From Utricularia gibba (taxonomy: Eukaryota > Plantae > Magnoliophyta), in assembly GCA_002189035.1 (NCBI GenBank), contig NEEC01000155.1, positions 1 through 29,018 on the forward strand: 29,018 nt of DNA. The letters are read 5' to 3'. Under the pieces are notes generated by a model, which saw nothing but the letters and a program-made list of their open reading frames with translations, had not been told where the DNA came from and ran no database searches. Of the stretch, positions 21,448 to 29,018 are shown in pieces. Each line of letters opens with the position of its first letter. Positions within the stretch are counted from its first letter, which is position 1. The position numbers were made by a program, and so were the translations under genes.

Positions 21448-23418
21448 ATGGTTGCAGTTCAAGGAGAAGAGGAATGTGTACCTGCGAGCCCATTTTCCCG
21501 GCTCATGCATACGCCCAATTTCAATCTCAACGTCATTACAATCATGGGTTTGAGTTGCAGCTTGGATGTCAACTGGGTCAAGCATTCCGTCTCCCAGAGC
21601 CTCGCCAAGCATCCCCGCTTCTCTAGTCTCCTAGTGGGTGCTCTGTTTTTGTGCTTCCCCTGTTTTACAGAGTGAGTTGCAACGTTTTTGTTATCAGGTT
21701 TTCGAGGATGAAGCCAAGTATAAGATGTCATGGCGGCCGACGGAGGTGAATATCGACGATCATGTGCTGGTGCCGGATTTGGATCCGGAGATTGAACACG
21801 AAAAGGGTGACAAATTTGTAGACGAATTCATCACAAAAGTGGCGCGGACTCCAATGGATCTCTCGAAACCTCTCTGGGAACTCTATCTTCTGAATGTGAA
21901 AACCAGTAACTCCGCCGCCACCGCCGTGCTGAAGCTCCATCACTCAATAGGCGATGGGGTTTCCCTGATTTCGGTCCTTTTAGCTTGTGGGAGAAGAATC
22001 TCCGACCCTGAAGCTCTCCCCGTCCTCCCGCAAGCAAAAAACGTCCAGTTCAGTCAGGGAAGAAAAGGGCGTTCCTCAACTTGCTTTTTTCTGTCATCTG
22101 GAGGTTTTTCTTGATGGTTCATTACACTTTGGTGGATACTCTGGAATTCGTCGCTACTGTGTTCATTCTGAAAGACTGGAATCCCATCAAAGGAGACAAA
22201 GGAATCGAGCATTCCCAAAAGAGATTCGTCCACAAAGTCCTCAACTTGGACGATGTAAGCTAATCAAGAATTCAATGAACACAGTACGCTGACTGACTGT
22301 CTTCCCCTTTAACTGTTATCCATGTCTTTGTTTCTTTATTTCTTTCTTTCTCTGTCGCATTCTCAGACTGTTAACGATGTGATGTTCGGAATAACCAACG
22401 CCGCCCTCAGTCATTACGTTCATAGGAGACACACCTCCTGCAATGCAGCTCCATCAACTGGTACGCACGCAGTCACCGGAATTGGTTCATCTTTTTCAGG
22501 GACAGAAATAACCACATGTCTTTCTTCTACCAGAGAAGGCAGCCAGGTCTTCTTTAGAATCCATGAGCATTCGCGGCGTAGCTGCTCTCAACATGCGACC
22601 ATCTGCCACAGTTCAAGTTCGTATCCTTTTAGACGACCTGTGTTCATGCTTGCTCTGCCATTCTCAGAGGGGTTTTCCGTGTCTGGACAGGACGCACACG
22701 AAGTGATGCACAATGGGAAAGCTCTAGACTTGCAGACATGGGGAAACATGGTGGGGTTCATCCTGCTTCCTCTGCGGCTGCGCCTGCATCAAGATCCCTT
22801 ATCCTACGTTCAGGATGCCAGGGCTGTCATGAACAAGAAGAAGCTTTCCTACCAGTGCATCATCGAGTACCACATAGTGAAGATGCTGATCAAGATCCTC
22901 GGGATGAGGGTAACCACCACCAAATAAAAAGCTTCATTAGTCACAAAAGTTGAGTTGTTGCTGCTGTTGTTGTTTCAGAGAACAGCCTTTGTGGTGAACT
23001 CTTTCCTGTCAAATGTGACCTTCGCATTCTCAAGCGTGATGGGGCCTGGAGATGAGATCAGCTTCTTCGGGAATCCACTCACCTACTTCGCTCCATCCGT
23101 GTACGGATTCCCAGTGGTAAGCCACTCAAACCAGTGTGAGCAAAATAACCTTTTCACCATGGACCAGATCCACCTAGATGATGATAGGAGGGGGAGCGTC
23201 TTAGAGTAGGGAGGGGTATTAATGTATTTACCTACCGTTACCCGCAGGCGGTGTTGATCCACTTCCAGAGCTACGCGAGCAAACTGATCGTGTCGATGGC
23301 GCTCGACGAGAAACTCTTCCCCGATCCGCTCCAACTCTGCGACGACTTCCAGAACTGCCTTCAGATCATCAAGGAAGCTGCGATGAAGAAGGACGCCGTA
23401 CAGAATCACCAAATCTGA
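21448..23418 (+). CDS. WSD: Wax ester synthase/diacylglycerol acyltransferase (WSD1-like), copy 2 (~492 aa after repairing frameshifts at 22036-22041 and 22257-22258)
   Basis: Seven exons: 21448-21633, 21698-22283, 22367-22460, 22534-22616, 22691-22909, 22979-23116, 23248-23418; same structure as copy 1. Motifs SPFSRLMH, KHPRFSS, MDLSKPLWELYLLN, catalytic HHSIGDG, TVNDV, WGN, DPLSYV, LIHFQSY. Confidence 0.94.
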
Positions 23419-24167
23419 TTTGAAAACCCTAAACGCCCTCTTTGTTTTTCCTCTACGTCTTTAAAAATGTTCGAAATTCAGGAAATTTTGAACGAAATTT
23501 AAAATCTTGCTCTAATAAATTACAAAATAAAAAAATGTTATTCAGAATTTTAAAAACTCATTGATAAAAAAGGAAATAAATAAAATTTTATAACATATAA
23601 AAAAAAACGAACCCTTATTTTTTTTTGTCAGACAGGAGGGTGGGGTCCATTTCCTCAGGTCGCTCCCACTTATTTATTTTCTTGGGAAAAAGCAAATATA
23701 ATAAATAGGGGGTAGTCCCGTAGGCCAAAACCAGGAATGCATTAGATTTCAACGTCCAAAACCATGTATTAAAAATTAAAAATAAATATTAAAGCATATA
23801 ATAAATTAATAATATATTGAATTTAATCTTTTCTAATGTGATATATGTTTTTATATATATTTTGCACATCAAATTATTAATTTCAATAAGGCGTACGAGA
23901 CTAATTATGCTATTAGATTAATATAGGAAGATAATTATTTGATAATGAAACTTTCTTTAAAAATAGAAACTATTTATTGTAAAGAAATGGTAAGCATCAA
24001 CAATCATTTGTACTATTATCCTCCTTTCAGCCGGGAAGACGACACCCGTTGATGGAGCCTGTCTGGGGTTGGGCTTCACCCTACGCCAAATGATACACAA
24101 TTAAAAGTGTTAAATGTACCAGGACGAAACCAATCATATAATAGCAACTCAAATTTTAACAAACTTA

Positions 24168-24455
24168 GAGGTTGTTTGATAATAGATTATAGAAGATTTA
24201 TACTTAAGTTTACATATATATCATTATTTGATTGACTAGTATACGTATAACAACCTTATATGGTTATACCAGTGACATAATTCATTTTTTAAGTATATGA
24301 ATATTATATACAAATAAAAGGTACTTAGTTATATGTATATTATTTATATAATTAAATTTCTATTTTTACATATAAAACGTTATATATAATTAAGTATATA
24401 CATATTTAATTATATTATACTTAAACATACTAATACCTTGTTATCAAAGAATCTT
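24168..24455. mobile_element. Putative MITE (~290 bp) with imperfect 15-bp TIRs flanked by TA
   Basis: Left end GAGGTTGTTTGATAA (24168-24182) and right end TTATCAAAGAATCTT (24441-24455) are complementary at 12 of 15 positions. TA lies immediately outside both ends and the interior is very AT-rich. Confidence 0.35.
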
Positions 24456-26774
24456 TATAAATATTCGGCCGTAACCTATGCTATGCATCTGGCAAATGGC
24501 AATCTGAGTCTGCCCCCATCACATATAGCAGTTTTAGTCCGTCGGATTCTGTATCGCACGGCTGAGACGAGACCCATCATCCGAAACGCGATGGGAGCGA
24601 GCTGCGGATGTGTGCTGGGCGTTGGGTTGTGATGCCTGCGAGGCCTGCAATGATTTGCTCCGGGAGGGGAGGAAGAAGACAATGGCTGAGAGTGACCCAA
24701 CAATTAAATACCATCCATTTGTCCCAGTGGAAGAAAAGACCTGATACCAAACTCATCCACTCTCCCTTCATTACAAGGGGACCGGACCGGACAACTTCAT
24801 CGTTTCATTACAAGGCGCAAGAGAACCCCATTATTGGAACCACCTTGCCTCTATCGGCTCGGCTCGGGGCTTGTCCCCCTTCCCCACTTCGATTCTCACA
24901 AATGTTACCAAAGTTTAGATGAGAGGAAGCCCCTTTATCATTGGGGGGTACACCCGACATTATTCAATGTTATCGCTTCAACACGCAGCCACCAATATGT
25001 CAATGCACATGGAAGATGACATGAGTTACACAGCGACGGACCTTATCTTACTCTAAAAAAAAAAAGTTAGGTACTTTTTTTGTTACTGTCAATGAAAATG
25101 GATTGGCTAAGATCCGACTCGGATACATTCCTAACTTAACTTTTTATTAAAACAAACAATTCAATATCGAAATTTAAAATTAAAATAATCAATTATATAA
25201 AAAAATTATAAATTATTATTAATTGATTGAATTTATTATGTACTTTAATTTAATGTATGTTCATCCGATCTATCAAATTTTTAATTTCAATACTTATTAC
25301 ATCTAAAAATGAAGTTTGCAAATTGAGGTTTCATATTCGGAAAATTGTTTGTTTATTTGGATGGATGACAATTGAAAGCACCATCCATTTGATGCGAAAG
25401 GCATCGCTTTTCCACCTCAAATCAATCCATGATCATACCTGTGTTTTAAATTTATTTTTGGATTTAATCATGAATTTGAGTTGAATTTAGTTCAATAATT
25501 TTAAATTATATTTCAAAAATTATAATTTAAAGGAATTGAATTTATTTTAGATTTCATCCGTGTCCCTCTTGTTACAATGATGCATGAATTTGCATTTGTG
25601 CACCTGCAACCAAATACCTGTACAAACACCACGTTTCCTTTTCTTGCTTATTAAATTGTGCAGTCACTTCAAGGAGAATCATTGGCTTTCAACTCGCACT
25701 AACTTCTAGACTCTTCTATCCTGCTTCATTCACCTTTGATTGAGTCTTCAATTATGGCAATTTTTATACATCAAGTTCGAATATAACTTCCAAACTCTAA
25801 ATCTAAATCTTGAATCCTCAGATTCTTTTTATTTTTCTAAATGGCTAGTTAAACCAGTCGATTAATTATGAATTATATTTTGCTAATTTTCTAAGATGAT
25901 CGAATTAGTTAACTGGTTTTTTTTCGTGATACATTTCACCCCTAAATATCTTGGCACATGGATCATATGCTTGTAGTTTTTACTTTTGTGAATGAAATTA
26001 AATTACTAAAATTGGAATTTTAAAACATCTTAATTTTGGCATGCTCATAATTTCGTGATATAACCTCCTTTGTTTGTCTACTTGTGTGTATTTGTCCTTT
26101 TTGACCTTTATGTTCCTTTTTTTTGCCCTTTTAACTCGGCTGGAGTACGTTTTTCAAAAACATTTTTTACTATTTTAATCAACAAATCGAAATTATTTTA
26201 TCTGAAATAAAAAATAAAAATGATATTATTTTTGGTTATTTTGAAAAAAAAATAGAACCAATCAGAATGGATTTTACCCTTTTGGGGAATATGCTATTTT
26301 GGTAATATTATTAAATATTTTTATTACTGTTTGATGCAATTTTGAAATTAGAAATATAAGATTTACTAATAAAAAAACAGTAAATTATGGAATTGGAATC
26401 TGGTTCTGTAGGGATAGAGACGAAGTGGGGGAGAGGGTTAATTTAGATATTTAGGATAGATATTTTGGGTGTACGAAAAGTGGATGGTTTTTTACTTTTT
26501 TACCGTTACAGTGCCTCCTCCACTGAAAACTCCCCCGAGAAAGCTCCAAAAAAAAGTTATCGAGGTGCCTCTCTCAGCCCCACTCCCTATCTCTCCTCCT
26601 CCCAGACGCGCCTTTCTTTGCCGGGTGCTGCTGCTTCACTGTGTTTGAAAGGCCCTTTCCTCCATTTAAGGCACCTCAGTCTCGCAAGCTCATTCCTCCA
26701 CTTACCCCACTTCTGTTTTTCCTTCTCTCTCTGTCTGTCTTCCTTTACTGAAGAAAAAGATAACTGGGAACTAG

Positions 26775-28730
26775 ATGTACGCAGAAACAGAGCTAATGTT
26801 GACGTATTCCCCGAATTTACATCAAGAAGTGCAGCAGTACGATGAATTTTGCTGTGCTCAGAAAATCACTGATTCATCTGTATGTGCTGGGTTCCTTTTT
26901 AGTGTTCTGGGTTTTGTTTAACTGGGGCGTTTTTTCTGGTGTTCTGCTATTCTCAAGAACCATTTTTGCTCCTTTTTGTGCTGTTTTGAAACGTATGCGT
27001 TTCAGCAGAAGTTGACATGAAATTGTTTCGTTCTCGCGGAAAGATGGAAGCAAGGAATTGGAGCTGAAAATTATCCATCACGGTCATGATTATTGTCGTA
27101 TTGTTCACTGGGTTGATTCTTGTTTTGGTGCACAGGAAGGACACAAAAAGGGTCCCCTTTCTCGTTACTGCTGTTCCGTTTTGCAAAAGCTCCTGTTGCT
27201 GATGATTCGTTTTCTCATCGCACTTGTGAAAAGCTAAAGTTACCTCCTCTTCCTCCATGCCTTTCAGTCTCTCACCCAAGATTTTCGTTTTCTCATCTCC
27301 AGAACAGCGCATTACTTTTTTTTTTTTTATCCTGGAAAGAGCCGCTTTAACTTTTGTTGCTCTGGGAACTCAAAATGGTTTTTTCTTACTGTCCTTCATC
27401 TAATCTAATGGTTGATCTTCTTTTTGTTTTGCTTTTTAACTTGAAACTCTCTCTCACACGGAAACACGCACTGCACATTTGGGGAATCAAAGCATTCCCA
27501 TCATCTACTGTTGTTAAGGGGAAGTCTGGCGCCCTTCCTAAAACATGAATTATTGGCTTCGCTTTCAGGATGCTCCTGTTTTTTTATTTCCATGTTTATT
27601 GTAGGAGTCTAGATGTAGATTTTCATCTCATTGTTTACATTCTTGTGTGTCACATGATATTCATATCACTGGTATCATCCCATGCTGCCTCAGCATGAGA
27701 AGTTTTTATCCTTAGAAGATATTTCTTGCCTTTCTAACTTGCACATCATTTGATGCAGGAAATATCAGTGTCTGGTTACAATCTGTGGGGAGGAGGGGAC
27801 CTGTTCGAGGCCCCTGAGCCAGTTCTGGAAGAACCAGTACCAGTCACAGGACTGGATCCCATGACTGCTGCTTTGTCAATGATCTCCTGTGGGGAAGATG
27901 TCATTTCACCCCAATCATTGACTGTCCTGGATATTGAATCCTCCATCAAGAGTGGGAAGATACTCAGTGAGGTGTTCTACGAGTGCAGAAAGGATCTTTT
28001 AGCCAAGGAAGGGAATGAGACTCCCCTATCTGAAGTAATCCGGATTGAACTCCAAACGACAAGACAGATGCACAAAATGCTAGCAATGATGATAACCAGA
28101 ATGGTGCTTCACTCCAGAAGAGTATTAGCTCCCATTCTCTTCACTCCATGGACATTGTCCACCAGCCGGCCTTCACTCAGTGCTTTGTGGACTTCCCAGT
28201 GATCGACTTCGGGATGCGGAGAGCTTTCAGTGAAGGAGACATAAAGGTCATGTTTACCACTCTTTTGTGTGTGTGATGCTTTTGCAGTATGGAAATTATG
28301 AGGTCCCTTTATGCATAGAATAATGGTTGTCTTTGAGCTCCTGCTACGACATGAACTGAGAAATGTTTAGATGTCTGTGGCCTCTTCAACAGGGTAGGTA
28401 GGGCAGGGTGATTGATTCTAGGTTTTTATGACAGACTCTTGATAACACAACTCTCCTCCACTTCCCGGGTGCAACCTCAAATTGTGACCACTACAACAAC
28501 CATCGTTTCTGAAGAACGCAAGGAGAAGCTCTCCAGATACCGCATCAAGAAGTCCAAGAGAAACTTTGGCCACAAGATCAAGGCAAGCAGAATTTCACCA
28601 TCACCCTCAAATTTTAACTCTTTTGATCATCACCCCTCAAGTTCATTGCTTTCTTCAGTATGCTTGCAGGAAAGCTCTTGCTGATAGCCAGCCTCGGATC
28701 CGTGGTAGGTTTGCGAAATCTGATGCATAG
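26775..28730 (+). CDS. CCT motif family (CMF) protein, At5g53420/At4g27900-like (~270 aa after repairing frameshifts at ~28048-28056 and ~28506-28508)
   Basis: Exons 26775-26879 (MYAETELMLTYSPNLHQEVQQYDEFCCAQK.., not in the ORF track), 27759-28246 (GDLFEAPEP, LDPMTAALSMISCGED, SEVFYECRKDLL, QKSISS, MRRAFSEGDIK), 28435-28582 (ERKEKLSRYRIKKSKRNFGHKIK), 28659-28730 (YACRKALADSQPRIRGRFAK). The last intron is GC-AG. No B-box or receiver domain seen. Confidence 0.9.
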
Positions 28731-28747
28731 GCAGAGCAGAGCAGAGC
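28731..28747. repeat. Short (GCAGA)3 tandem repeat right after the CCT stop codon
   Basis: gcagagcagagcagagc directly visible. Confidence 0.75.
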
Positions 28748-29018
28748 TGAGGCCCTTCCTTGATGGATGGAGCTGAGTGTACGCGCGTGCGAGAAGAGTG
28801 AGCCTGTGGTTGTGGTGTAGTTTTTAGATGTGTCATAGTTTGAAGCATGATCTGCAGAAGAATAAATCCCAGGGTTTGCGCCCACAACTTTAGCTTGTTT
28901 CCATGGTAGCACTGCTGGTACATACGCTTTGAGGAGGAAGAAGAAAAAGAAGAAGATAGCAGGAGTGATGCCTCGCCTAGATTTGTACTGTATATAGTGA
29001 GTCCAATAAAAAGTTTAC

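Noticed and set aside
22461-22499. 39-nt intron in WSD copy 2 using the TTTTTCAG acceptor
   Set aside because: Too short for a plant intron. The acceptor at 22533 gives a 73-nt intron and restores homology to copy 1 exon 4.
25340-25620. Possible MITE with TATTTGGATGG...CCAAATA ends
   Set aside because: Only ~7 bp of terminal complementarity; not distinguishable from chance.
27681-27755. MLPQHEKF... as the CCT N-terminus
   Set aside because: It needs an extra indel. The upstream exon 26775-26879 matches the family N-terminus (MYAET...QEVQQ) and splices in phase.
28630-28923. Minus-strand ORFs at the right edge
   Set aside because: They overlap the CCT last exon and 3' UTR, and I recognise no domain.
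1-29018. Prokaryotic systems (CRISPR, defence islands, operons), tRNA/rRNA genes, programmed ribosomal frameshifting
   Set aside because: The sequence is spliceosomal plant DNA. I saw no repeat-spacer arrays, cloverleaves or rRNA. The frame breaks lack consistent slippery heptamers or stimulatory structures and fit sequencing indels.

Overview
This is eukaryotic (flowering-plant) nuclear DNA, not prokaryotic: intron-containing genes with short GT-AG introns, separated by AT-rich spacers. I reconstructed seven genes by hand, exon by exon. In order: a MORN-repeat PIP5K of the PIP5K4/5/6 type (minus, runs off the left edge); an LRR receptor kinase of the NILR1/At1g74360 type (minus); a CBL4/SOS3-type calcineurin B-like Ca2+ sensor (plus); a PMEI-domain pectin methylesterase of the PME34/PME61 type (minus); two tandem WS/DGAT (WSD) acyltransferases (plus); and a CCT-motif-family gene (plus) with a GC-AG intron. 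The dominant signal is that all seven genes carry frameshifts (12 found). Almost all are repaired by adding or removing one base in a homopolymer or two-base run, which points to an unpolished long-read assembly rather than biology. Unexplained residue: a possibly spliced plus-strand transcript at ~3.0-3.85 kb, two coding-like islands (17.6-18.5 kb and 24.5-25.0 kb), and weak MITE-like and hairpin elements. I found no convincing novel biological system. Family assignments and Arabidopsis locus IDs come from recall of motifs, not from database searches. The species cannot be determined from this window.
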